A DNA stretch of 32,000 nt from Candidatus Heimdallarchaeota archaeon (lineage in GTDB: Archaea > Asgardarchaeota > Heimdallarchaeia > JABLTI01), in NCBI GenBank assembly GCA_030614005.1, contig JAUWKS010000034.1, positions 1-32,000 on the forward strand, written 5' to 3'. Shown piece by piece: positions 7,563 through 16,272 of this stretch. Position 1 is the first letter of the stretch. Each line of letters opens with the position of its first letter. The translations under genes were made by a program, and so were the position numbers. The notes beneath the pieces are model-generated. The model was not told the DNA's origin and did no database searches. It saw only the letters and a program-made list of their open reading frames with translations.

Positions 7563-8596
7563 AGTTTTTTCCTCAATAAAACAAATTCTCTACCTGGTTT
7601 GCCACCAAATCGTTTTGCTAATAATTGTGGTGGAAGATTTGTCTTCATAATAATGGAACCTTCAACATATTGATAATTCTTTTTTAGTAGATTTTCCATT
7701 AGCACACTGCTCATTGCAGAGGCAATATTTTTTTTATGGCTACTCGGTAATGTTCCTATAGATATTATTCTCGCCCTGTCTATTTTTCCTTCTTTTACTT
7801 TCTGATAATAATCTGGTGCACAAATTATAAACCCAATTGGTTCTCCACTATCTGTTTCCGCAATAATTACTAATTCATCATCCATTAGAGGCAAGAATGC
7901 TTTTACGTAAGCTGTATTTTCTTCCAGCGTTCGGGGAATATAGTCATATCTTTTTCCGAAAATTTTGTTCGTTAGGTAATGATAAATAGCTATTTCTTTC
8001 TCAAGGTTTGCTCTGTCAAAAGTGCGTATTTTCACTCCAGCTACTTCATATTTCTTCTCAAGATAGGTTTCTCGAGTATAAATAATAGATGTGATATTTA
8101 GATAGACTTTGAAACCATATTTCTTAAGATATTTAAAATAATAATCAGGATTGTGCGATGTTAAGAGTGTGTGAGGTTTATCGAACCCATTAACCAGTAA
8201 TCCAAAATATCGATTATCTAGTTTTGGTAAAATAATCTCTTTTACGTTTTCAATTCGAAAAATTTCAGCACAATAATCAAGAATTGATTTTAAAGATACG
8301 AATTCTCCTTCTAGAACTTCAATATAACATATCCAACCAATCTTGTTGTTTTTCTTGTCTTTTGCTTTTGGGTGTAAAATAGCCACTGCTCGAGCTAAAG
8401 GTTTATCATTTTCATTTAATGCAATTATTGGCCAGGTTCGAATCTCAGTTTTATTTGTCGAAAAATTAAATTGTTTCTTTATTTCTTCTGGATTCTCAGG
8501 AAACCATATTGGATCGTTTTTATAAATTTCAGAAGGGAGATTGAAGAAGTAATTTATATTTTCATCTTCAAGATTTTTAATTTCAACTATTTTCAT
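7559..8596 (-). CDS. Tandem-GNAT acyltransferase, YghO/bacterial ceramide synthase-like family
   Basis: F..LP..IY..DP.W, GLLVNGFD, HNPDYY...L..YGF, AE...EPIGF...PDY, EGS.I...N, FGG: these match the YghO-family consensus as I recall it. Confidence 0.7.
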   Translation of the reverse strand: MKIVEIKNLEDENINYFFNLPSEIYKNDPIWFPENPEEIKKQFNFSTNKTEIRTWPIIALNENDKPLARAVAILHPKAKDKKNNKIGWICYIEVLEGEFVSLKSILDYCAEIFRIENVKEIILPKLDNRYFGLLVNGFDKPHTLLTSHNPDYYFKYLKKYGFKVYLNITSIIYTRETYLEKKYEVAGVKIRTFDRANLEKEIAIYHYLTNKIFGKRYDYIPRTLEENTAYVKAFLPLMDDELVIIAETDSGEPIGFIICAPDYYQKVKEGKIDRARIISIGTLPSSHKKNIASAMSSVLMENLLKKNYQYVEGSIIMKTNLPPQLLAKRFGGKPGREFVLLRKKL

Positions 8597-9917
8597 TTTG
8601 GAACCTTCTAATTACTCGTATCAATTTCTTGGATCTAGGATTTCTCTCAGGTTTCTCCGTTGAGAATTCAACATTCCCTAGTTCAGCATTTAATTTCTCA
8701 ACCCAGAAATTTAGATTCTCAATGATTTTCTTTTCAATAGCCTCTCTGTTCTTTTCACTCTTCAAGACGATTCTAATTTCTATTTTATCCATTGCTTTCT
8801 GGATTGCTTGATATTCTTCTATTTCCTGAGAAGCTTGATTTATCGACCTTCTCACATAATCTGGAAAAAGATAGCTTATTTCTCCATTACTGTTTTGCAG
8901 ATGGAAGATATCATCAGAGCGCCCGTGAATTTTTTCAATAACTCTAAAACAAGAACCACAGTTGCATTTTGCTTCTTGCAACTCAATGATGTCATTCATC
9001 TCATAACGGATAATTGGTTGGGTTGTTCGGTATAGATCTGTAATGAGCAAATTTTTTGCATTCCCTATTTTATCACCTACATCTAACGTTTCAATGAGTA
9101 AAACATCTTCATTTAGATGTAAGCTACCACATCTACAAGTTGAAGCAATAAAACCCTCAGCACCTTGATAAATTTCTACGATAGGTACTTCATAAATTTC
9201 TTCCAACTTCTCTCGAGTAGCTTTTGATAGTACTTCTGCATAAGAAATAACTGCCTTAATAGGATGGTCAATTTGATCCTTCTTACCGCTAATGATTACT
9301 AATAAAGATGGGGGACCAGAAAGAATGTTTAATTTCTTGGAGTTGATGAGTTTAATTATTTCTTCAACAGATAAAGTATAATCAATGTAAACTAAATGAA
9401 TGCCAAAATTACTTATTTCATTAAAAGTAGGGTTATTTCTACGAAGAGCAAAAAGAATTCTTCTATTTTTAACTGATTTTGGAATACCATTTCTAGAGAA
9501 CAATAAACAATTGTACAAATCGCTTTCATTTTGAGAAAGAACGGTGAGAGCTTTATTCCCAGAAGTGCCTGAAGAAAGTCCTATAGAATATTCTCCTTGA
9601 AACCTTGAGTATTGTCCTTTCTTTTCTTGAGCAATTGTGTAAGCAACTAAATCTTCTTTCCGTAAATTTCTAGTATTGATCAAATCGAAATTGTCCATCA
9701 TTTCACTTTTAGTCATTATTGGTATTTGTTCAAGTGAGATTTCATCCGAACCGGAAAAAAGATTAGCATAATATTCAGAATTCTTTCGACTAAATTCGAT
9801 TATTTTTTTCAATTGTTTTTTTTGATGTGCTTCTAGTTTCTCTCTATTCCATTTGTAGAATTGTTGTTGCAGTTTTCGTATATTGAATAATTTCTGAATA
9901 ATGTTCATTTTAGACAT
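8583..9917 (-). CDS. Adenylate-forming enzyme (PaaK/F390-synthetase-like acyl-CoA ligase family)
   Basis: P-loop SSGTSG, YQGAEGFIA, IIRYEMND, GRSDD, SKKLIRV. Start at 9917 (MSKMN) preferred because the ORF-track start at 9950 overlaps the upstream gene. Confidence 0.85.
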   Translation of the reverse strand: MSKMNIIQKLFNIRKLQQQFYKWNREKLEAHQKKQLKKIIEFSRKNSEYYANLFSGSDEISLEQIPIMTKSEMMDNFDLINTRNLRKEDLVAYTIAQEKKGQYSRFQGEYSIGLSSGTSGNKALTVLSQNESDLYNCLLFSRNGIPKSVKNRRILFALRRNNPTFNEISNFGIHLVYIDYTLSVEEIIKLINSKKLNILSGPPSLLVIISGKKDQIDHPIKAVISYAEVLSKATREKLEEIYEVPIVEIYQGAEGFIASTCRCGSLHLNEDVLLIETLDVGDKIGNAKNLLITDLYRTTQPIIRYEMNDIIELQEAKCNCGSCFRVIEKIHGRSDDIFHLQNSNGEISYLFPDYVRRSINQASQEIEEYQAIQKAMDKIEIRIVLKSEKNREAIEKKIIENLNFWVEKLNAELGNVEFSTEKPERNPRSKKLIRVIRRFQNENS

Positions 9918-9936
9918 CACACATTTTCTGTTATGG

Positions 9937-11355
9937 TTATATTTCACCAAAATCTGCTTTTGTATTAAGCTGTTGGAATACTGATTTGGTTATACCGTAA
10001 AATTGTAAAATTACAATTGCAATGATAAGAAAAATGCTGGGAAGAAGTCCAAATGAAAATCTAATGCCAAGTATTGCTGTATCTGGTTGTGATGGAAGTT
10101 CTGCATCATAGTTAAACACCTTCAAAATACCACCCAAGATTAAAAATGCAACAGCTAAACCAAGTTGATGAAATGTCATCCAAAAACCAAAGAAGATGGA
10201 TTCATGTCGTTCACCCGTCTTATGTTCGTAGTAGTTTACCAAATCAGGTACAAGTGAATATGGAATTAATAGATAGGAGGACATAAAGATGCCTAACAAA
10301 CCACAGCAAATATAGAATAATATTTTAGATCCTTCACTAATAGCAAATCCCGTAGGAACGAGTACAACAACCATTAATACAATGCCAATAAGTAATAGAC
10401 GCCTTTTATCAAATTTCTTGGAAAACAAACTCCATATAGGTATCATCAAAGCTGAAACTGCAATATAGATGGCTAAACCAATGGTACTTATACTTGCATC
10501 ACCAAGAACATGTTCAGCAAAATAAGGCAAAGCTGCTATTAAACAACCAGTACCAATAGCTCCGAAGAATTTCATTCCTAAAAGAATGAGCACGTTTTTC
10601 TCTTTCAAAATAACGAGATACTGTTTAAATGAATAATCAGCAATTCTATGGTCCTGTTGCTTTTCTCCATTGTCAGCTTCTACTTTTCCATCATCAATGT
10701 ATTCCTCAGTTATTTCAGAAAAAATACCGAGTGGTTTACTTTCAAATAAATCTTCGACTCCTTTAGTACTTAAAGCTGCAACAATAAGCGAAATTGCAGT
10801 GAAAACTCCAAAGCTTATAGCCATTAAACGAAGTCCTAGCAACTCATTCTGAAAATTTGAGATAAACAAAGCCACTGTTCCCCCAAAAATTGTTCCAATA
10901 GTTGAAAGAATAGCTCTTATGCCTGTTATTTGAGTTCGTTCATCGTAATCTTCAGACATTATTGGTACGAGGGACATATATGGGACTACACAGATAGAAT
11001 AAGTGGTTGCATATACTAGTAGAGCAAGAACTGCTAATGCAAATTGATACCATTGACCGATTGATTGTGGGATTAACCACAATAAAATAAAACTGATGCC
11101 AAAGGGAATTGCTCCAAATAGAATATACACTCTTTTCTTGCCGAATCGAGATCGGGTTCGATCACTGATAATACCCATAATCGGATCATTCATACCGTCC
11201 CAGAGTTTTCCGATGAAAATTGCTAAACCTGCAAGAAATGGATCCATCATAACAATATCTGTTAGAAAATACATGAAATAAAATCCAACAGCAAAATATG
11301 ATATGGATACTCCCATATCACCTAGTCCATAACCAATCTTATTACGTAATTTCAA
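9937..11355 (-). CDS. GPH-family (MelB/MFSD2-like) MFS cation symporter
   Basis: KIGYGLGD, WDGMNDPIMGIISDRTRSRFGK, YDERT, D..NYYE.KTGERHE; about 12 TM segments; TTG start. Confidence 0.9.
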   Translation of the reverse strand: MKLRNKIGYGLGDMGVSISYFAVGFYFMYFLTDIVMMDPFLAGLAIFIGKLWDGMNDPIMGIISDRTRSRFGKKRVYILFGAIPFGISFILLWLIPQSIGQWYQFALAVLALLVYATTYSICVVPYMSLVPIMSEDYDERTQITGIRAILSTIGTIFGGTVALFISNFQNELLGLRLMAISFGVFTAISLIVAALSTKGVEDLFESKPLGIFSEITEEYIDDGKVEADNGEKQQDHRIADYSFKQYLVILKEKNVLILLGMKFFGAIGTGCLIAALPYFAEHVLGDASISTIGLAIYIAVSALMIPIWSLFSKKFDKRRLLLIGIVLMVVVLVPTGFAISEGSKILFYICCGLLGIFMSSYLLIPYSLVPDLVNYYEHKTGERHESIFFGFWMTFHQLGLAVAFLILGGILKVFNYDAELPSQPDTAILGIRFSFGLLPSIFLIIAIVILQFYGITKSVFQQLNTKADFGEI

Positions 11356-11521
11356 ATAACTATCACTCGCATCAAATTTGTTATGCTTATTTGAATTGAA
11401 TATCTTCTTAAAATTTGTGTGAAAATACTGGATGATTAAATTTTCTTAGGAAAATATAGAAACAAAAAAAGGAAATTGAGAATATTCTGAGTAAATCTTT
11501 TTGATTTTACTCAGAGATTTC

Positions 11522-11929
11522 TTACTTTTCATCCTCTTCTTCTTTCTTTTCTTCCTCTGTTTCTTCGAAAACCTCTTCAATAATTTCATTTCGTAAATTA
11601 TACATTACTTCGTAGGTTTTTTCGATTATTTCAGAGAGCAGTTCTGCTAATTCCTTCTTGGCATTTTTAGTAACAACTCGAGCCAATTTCTCTCCGAGGA
11701 TCATTTTCTCTACTTCGGTCATATCATCTTTAACTTGTTTACTAATTAGTTTTACAACTTTCTCTTCGACAGATTTCTTCAATGAACCACTTAATGCTTC
11801 AATCTTTTCTTCAGAAATAAGTCCATCTAATCCGTCTTTTATTTCTTCATCTATCTCATCCATTACTTCATCGTACAGAGTTTTACCAAGATCTGTAAGT
11901 TGAATTTCATTCGTTTCTTCGTCTGACAT
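11522..11929 (-). CDS. Acidic alpha-helical hypothetical protein
   Basis: 135-aa ORF with ATG start and RBS-like AGTGA; E/D/K-rich and helical; no recognisable motif. Confidence 0.7.
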   Translation of the reverse strand: MSDEETNEIQLTDLGKTLYDEVMDEIDEEIKDGLDGLISEEKIEALSGSLKKSVEEKVVKLISKQVKDDMTEVEKMILGEKLARVVTKNAKKELAELLSEIIEKTYEVMYNLRNEIIEEVFEETEEEKKEEEDEK

Positions 11930-12091
11930 ATCGAATCACTTGACTGAAATATGATACTCTTTTTAATAAACGTTCTTCTATTTGAATAATAAATAATTGT
12001 TGAATTAGGGATTAATTTTTAACCCATTTTCTAACACAAATAGAATCGAAAATCAATAAAATTATTATAATTCAGTGACTCATCTAATGAT

Positions 12092-12712
12092 ATGAAAAAG
12101 AAAACAAAAATTTTTCTCGGAATCTTTATTCCGGTGATTATTATTGGTGCAGGAATTGGCGGAATACAACTCGCAATATTTATTCGAGATAAAATGATAG
12201 CCAATTTGGATGCTCCTCTAATTGATTTTCCTGTAGAGAATACTGATTGTATTCATATTATTTGGGGATATGGTGATCAAGGGGGAGATTTTCATAACGG
12301 CATAGACTATGGTTGTAATACTTCAGTAAATATTGTCGCTTGGTGTGATATGGTAGTTGAGGATATAACAACATTCTACAATGAGGCTGGTGGTCATTGG
12401 CAAACAAATGTTATGCTCAAATTCAATAAACGATTTACTTTTGTTTGTGCATTTGAACCTTGGGCTTTAAATGAAACATTTGCTAATATTCAAAGAGATG
12501 CAATAAATTTCGAAGTTGGTCAAACAATTCAGAGGGGAGAAATATTAGGTGAGCTTCTCTATCAGGGGTCAGGAACACACATTCACTTTGGAATGTATGA
12601 TCAAAACGAAGCTGTTTGTGCATATCATTTCTACACAGAAACGGCAAAATCTATTTTCGATCCATTATGGGATCAATACGGTTATGGTGACGACAATTGG
12701 TATACTAATTAA
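12092..12712 (+). CDS. Membrane-anchored M23-family metallopeptidase-like protein
   Basis: N-terminal basic plus hydrophobic anchor; HNGID (HxxxD), GQTIQRGEILG and HIHFG (HxH) motifs. Confidence 0.8.
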   Translation: MKKKTKIFLGIFIPVIIIGAGIGGIQLAIFIRDKMIANLDAPLIDFPVENTDCIHIIWGYGDQGGDFHNGIDYGCNTSVNIVAWCDMVVEDITTFYNEAGGHWQTNVMLKFNKRFTFVCAFEPWALNETFANIQRDAINFEVGQTIQRGEILGELLYQGSGTHIHFGMYDQNEAVCAYHFYTETAKSIFDPLWDQYGYGDDNWYTN

Positions 12713-12780
12713 AAGTAGATTTTTCGAAGAAAATAAATAAGAACTAGTATGATTTTGGTAGCATAAGAGGAGAATGAAAA

Positions 12781-13788
12781 TTGAAAACAACAGATCCCAA
12801 TGTAATTCTGAAGCCAGCGACCGCTTTATTTAATACATTAGGTGAAAAGATCAAACAAATTTCATTTTTAGGAAAAGGAGAAGGTTCTGCTGTTTTCAAG
12901 ATAGAAACATTTGAAAAAACCTATTGTTTGAAAACTGCTCTTTTCCCGGAACGCACTCAGAAGGTTCTCTCTGAGGCTCAAATTCGACGAGATTTTATCG
13001 ATAAGGGTCTAACCTTTATACCTTATCCAATATTTTCCGATCAAAAATATTTCAAAAATGGGGCAGTTATTTATGATTTCATAGAAGGATCCCAAACTGT
13101 TTTTGACTCAAAAAGTACATTGTCTCAATTGGCAAGATATCTTGCAGATATTCATACATTGAAATTTAAAATTATCCCAAATGGACCTGATCAAATTTGG
13201 AACTACTATCATAGTCTAGAGCAAAGCATAAAATCAATTCAAGTTAACCAAGGTTATCTATTAAATGAAAGTATCAATCAAGCTTTCTCAAATGTGTTAG
13301 ATGAATATAAGAAACAGATAAACGATAATGTTGAATTATTTTCATTTGGAATTTCGAGCATCTTGCATGGAGATTTAAGTAATAATTTTATAACGGATAC
13401 TGAAGGGAAACTATGGCTTATTGATTGGGAAAATTCTGAATACGGCGACATAGTTGAAGAAATTTGTTTTTTCGTTTTTAATAACGATATTAAAGATAAT
13501 CTTCAAGATTTTTTCTATCAAGAATATCAAAAATATTTTCAACCTTCCAGTAAATTGAATTTTAAGAAAATGAGTGAATTCTATCTAAAAGTAGTTCCTA
13601 TATTCAATGTTTGTTGGGGGATAGATCAATTGCATACAAATTTGATTCATAAACTTGAACCAGAACGTAAATTAAAAGATATAATGAGTTCCGCAAGAAA
13701 TTGGGGACTATTTTTTTCAGAATCAACTACATCAATGATTATTCAAGGTGTAAAACAAATGACTGCAAAATTAACTAATAATCTTTGA
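12781..13788 (+). CDS. APH/choline-kinase-family phosphotransferase
   Basis: GKGEGSAVF Gly loop, CLK lysine, LHGDL, LIDWE; TTG start with RBS GAGGAG. Confidence 0.85.
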   Translation: MKTTDPNVILKPATALFNTLGEKIKQISFLGKGEGSAVFKIETFEKTYCLKTALFPERTQKVLSEAQIRRDFIDKGLTFIPYPIFSDQKYFKNGAVIYDFIEGSQTVFDSKSTLSQLARYLADIHTLKFKIIPNGPDQIWNYYHSLEQSIKSIQVNQGYLLNESINQAFSNVLDEYKKQINDNVELFSFGISSILHGDLSNNFITDTEGKLWLIDWENSEYGDIVEEICFFVFNNDIKDNLQDFFYQEYQKYFQPSSKLNFKKMSEFYLKVVPIFNVCWGIDQLHTNLIHKLEPERKLKDIMSSARNWGLFFSESTTSMIIQGVKQMTAKLTNNL

Positions 13789-13907
13789 AGTCATTTAATT
13801 TCAAAAATAGACGATATTTGTTTTAGCTATTAATAGATTCCAATTTTTGATACTCAATCATTTTAATGAAAAAAAATAATGAGATTTTTTCCCATCAATG
13901 CATGACT

Positions 13908-14405
13908 TTATTTCAGAAGTTTCTTTAAGGAAGCACCAAAATCTTTTGCTTCGTTCAATTCTTCTTCAGTTGGGTGCCCTTTTTCAAACGCACCTGAACC
14001 AAAACGGAAAATTCTAAATGCACCTTTAATTGCTAGTCGTTCTTTAGCAATCTCTAGTCCTTTCTCTGCTAGTATATTTTCCATTTGTTCAAAAGCGGCG
14101 TCTTTTATTGTTGGATCATCTGGGTTACCACCTTTTGGTGGATCATTCGGTGCTGATGAAGAAATGAACATTACAGCCTTCTTGCCTTTTACTTTACTAT
14201 TTTCTAAATCGGTAAAGTATTTCTTCCCTCCTGGACTAAGTTGTCCTGCAATAATCCATGTTCCTAAAACAATTAAATCATATTCTTGAAGGTCAGGTAT
14301 TTTTCTACTACTTACTACTTCTGCTCCAAGTCCTTCTGCTATGTTTATTGCTACTTTCTTAGTATTTCCCCCACGGGAATTATAGATGACTATCGATTTC
14401 TTCAT
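13908..14405 (-). CDS. Flavodoxin-family protein
   Basis: IYNSRGGNTKKVA FMN-binding loop, YDLIVLGT, GHPTEEELNEAKDFG; start at 14405 (MKKS) preferred. Confidence 0.9.
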   Translation of the reverse strand: MKKSIVIYNSRGGNTKKVAINIAEGLGAEVVSSRKIPDLQEYDLIVLGTWIIAGQLSPGGKKYFTDLENSKVKGKKAVMFISSSAPNDPPKGGNPDDPTIKDAAFEQMENILAEKGLEIAKERLAIKGAFRIFRFGSGAFEKGHPTEEELNEAKDFGASLKKLLK

Positions 14406-14479
14406 AATTATCATAACCAATTAACTTTAGACTTTTAACAGTAAAAAGGTTCGCAAATTCAAAAGTAACAATTTCCTTC

Positions 14480-14625
14480 TATTTTTCTTTGTAAAAACAA
14501 TTTTCTTAGAGTTGAAATAGATGTCAAAAAACTTATTAACAATTATACTTTTGTTCCAATGACTGATTAATCCTTCTTAGTACTTAATTTCAAGAAATGA
14601 AGTGAGGTATTGAACGAAGAGATTT
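14480..14625 (+). promoter_or_regulatory. Duplicated promoter/5'-leader element, copy 1 (upstream of S8 protease)
   Basis: Clearly homologous to 16114-16255; BRE/TATA AAAAAC-TTATTAA (TATA 14533-14539); hairpin 14573-14619. Confidence 0.8.
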
Positions 14626-14658
14626 TTTAGACGATATATTAAACGAGGATGGTTACTA

Positions 14659-16020
14659 ATGAAAAAAGTATATTCAATACTTTTAATGATCTGCATAATT
14701 ACTCCTGGCTTTATTATGTTTACAAATACTGCCAGTAGTCAACCAACATTCTTCAATTCGCAGGAACTCTACGATAACAATGTTGAACCTATGTTAGCTG
14801 CTGAATTAGAAGCTTCTGCAGTAGACAATTACAAAGCATTGCCTAATGTCTCTCCATGGTGGGTTGACTTAGTTGATAAGGAAAATGTCGACAATGATGG
14901 AGAAGGCGTTTACATTGCTGTTTTAGATACGGGTCTACTAGATCTTTGGCCATTTTTCTTCTCACAAGGTAATATTGCTTGGGAACTTGGCAAAGGATTT
15001 ACACATGACGTTTCGTGGGATGATGAATATGGACTTGTGATGTCTGAACTAAGAGATGATCGCGGGTACATAACAGATTTAGCATCTGGTCATGGAACAC
15101 ATGTTACTAGTACAATAATTGGTTATAACTACAACAACTACTTCTACGTTGATGGAATCGCTCCCAAAGCAACGATTATACCAGTTCTAGTTCTAGATGC
15201 CTGGGAAGTAGATTCACCATATGGTGTTTTACAATTATCAGGCGGAACTGATGAAATGATATCAGCAGGTATTTATTATATCGCTGATTTAGCAGATGAA
15301 CTAGATGGTCCTGTGATTATCAACATGAGTCTTGGAGGTCCAAATCCAACTCCTATGATTGAGGAAGCAATAAATTATGCCATTGCAAATGGTGTTATTA
15401 TTGTTTGTTCCGCAGGAAATGAAGGAGAAGCTGGAATGGGCTATCCGGGTGCTTACGATCAAGTGATTTCCACTGCTGCGTGTGGCTGGACAGAGACATT
15501 ATACCGATCTTTCTGGACTGGTGAAGGATGGATATATGATGTCCCAGAAGAACTAAATGTTCCTGACGTATTCGGTAATGAATACCAAGTATACTTAGAA
15601 GACTTCAGTAGTAGACCAAATGCTGCATTAGGGCAAAAACATCATCAGTTAGATGTTATGGCACCTGGTGCTTGGATAGTTGGTCCTTACAAACTATCAT
15701 TCTCCTATGACGTTAGATATTATTATGTCTCAGGAACAAGCATGTCTGCCCCACATGTATCTGCAATTGCTGCATTGATTCTAGAAGATTATCCACATTT
15801 TGATCAAAAGGATATTGAACATATTCTTAAGATTGCTGCTGGTGGTGTAGGACAAAATATGCTTAGAGGATTTCCCAAGGAAGCAACAAATGTTTATGTT
15901 GCATATTATATTCCTGGTTACGTCTATCTTGTATCATGGGAACAACATGATTTTGGTAGAGGATTTTTGCAATGCGACGAAGCTATGTTCTATGCTGCAC
16001 ATTACAAAGTAGGTCATTAA
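14659..16020 (+). CDS. Secreted subtilisin-like serine protease (S8)
   Basis: Signal peptide; catalytic VLDTG, HGTHV, GTSMS; oxyanion SAGN. Confidence 0.95.
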   Translation: MKKVYSILLMICIITPGFIMFTNTASSQPTFFNSQELYDNNVEPMLAAELEASAVDNYKALPNVSPWWVDLVDKENVDNDGEGVYIAVLDTGLLDLWPFFFSQGNIAWELGKGFTHDVSWDDEYGLVMSELRDDRGYITDLASGHGTHVTSTIIGYNYNNYFYVDGIAPKATIIPVLVLDAWEVDSPYGVLQLSGGTDEMISAGIYYIADLADELDGPVIINMSLGGPNPTPMIEEAINYAIANGVIIVCSAGNEGEAGMGYPGAYDQVISTAACGWTETLYRSFWTGEGWIYDVPEELNVPDVFGNEYQVYLEDFSSRPNAALGQKHHQLDVMAPGAWIVGPYKLSFSYDVRYYYVSGTSMSAPHVSAIAALILEDYPHFDQKDIEHILKIAAGGVGQNMLRGFPKEATNVYVAYYIPGYVYLVSWEQHDFGRGFLQCDEAMFYAAHYKVGH

Positions 16021-16037
16021 AAATAAATCTCAAAAAC

Positions 16038-16101
16038 TTAGTCATTCTTCATGACTAATCTCAAATTTGATTAGTGATGAAGAACATTTATCTTTTTTTT
16101 T
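16038..16101 (+). terminator. Hairpin plus T-tract downstream of the S8 gene
   Basis: TTCTTCAT-g-ACTAATC/GATTAGT-g-ATGAAGAA stem (16045-16084), then a T-run to 16101; overlapping alternative stem at 16038-16058. Confidence 0.55.
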
Positions 16102-16113
16102 AAAAATCAACTA

Positions 16114-16255
16114 TATTTTTTCTTTGTAAAAACAATTTCTTCGTGTTGAAACAGATGTCAAAAAACTTATTAATTATTATACATTTGTTCCACTGACCGA
16201 TTAGTCCTTCTTGATACTTAATTTCGAGGGAAGTGAGGTATTTCAGAAGAGATTT
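16114..16255 (+). promoter_or_regulatory. Duplicated promoter/5'-leader element, copy 2 (upstream of caspase-like protease)
   Basis: Homologous to 14480-14625; TATA 16167-16173; hairpin 16207-16249. Confidence 0.8.
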
Positions 16256-16272
16256 ATTGGAGGGTTAATGAG

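Noticed and set aside
12781-13788. Antibiotic-resistance island (APH-like kinase, NTase, GNAT, MefA-like MFS)
   Set aside because: These are broad superfamilies, scattered across the window, with no motif indicating antibiotic substrates.
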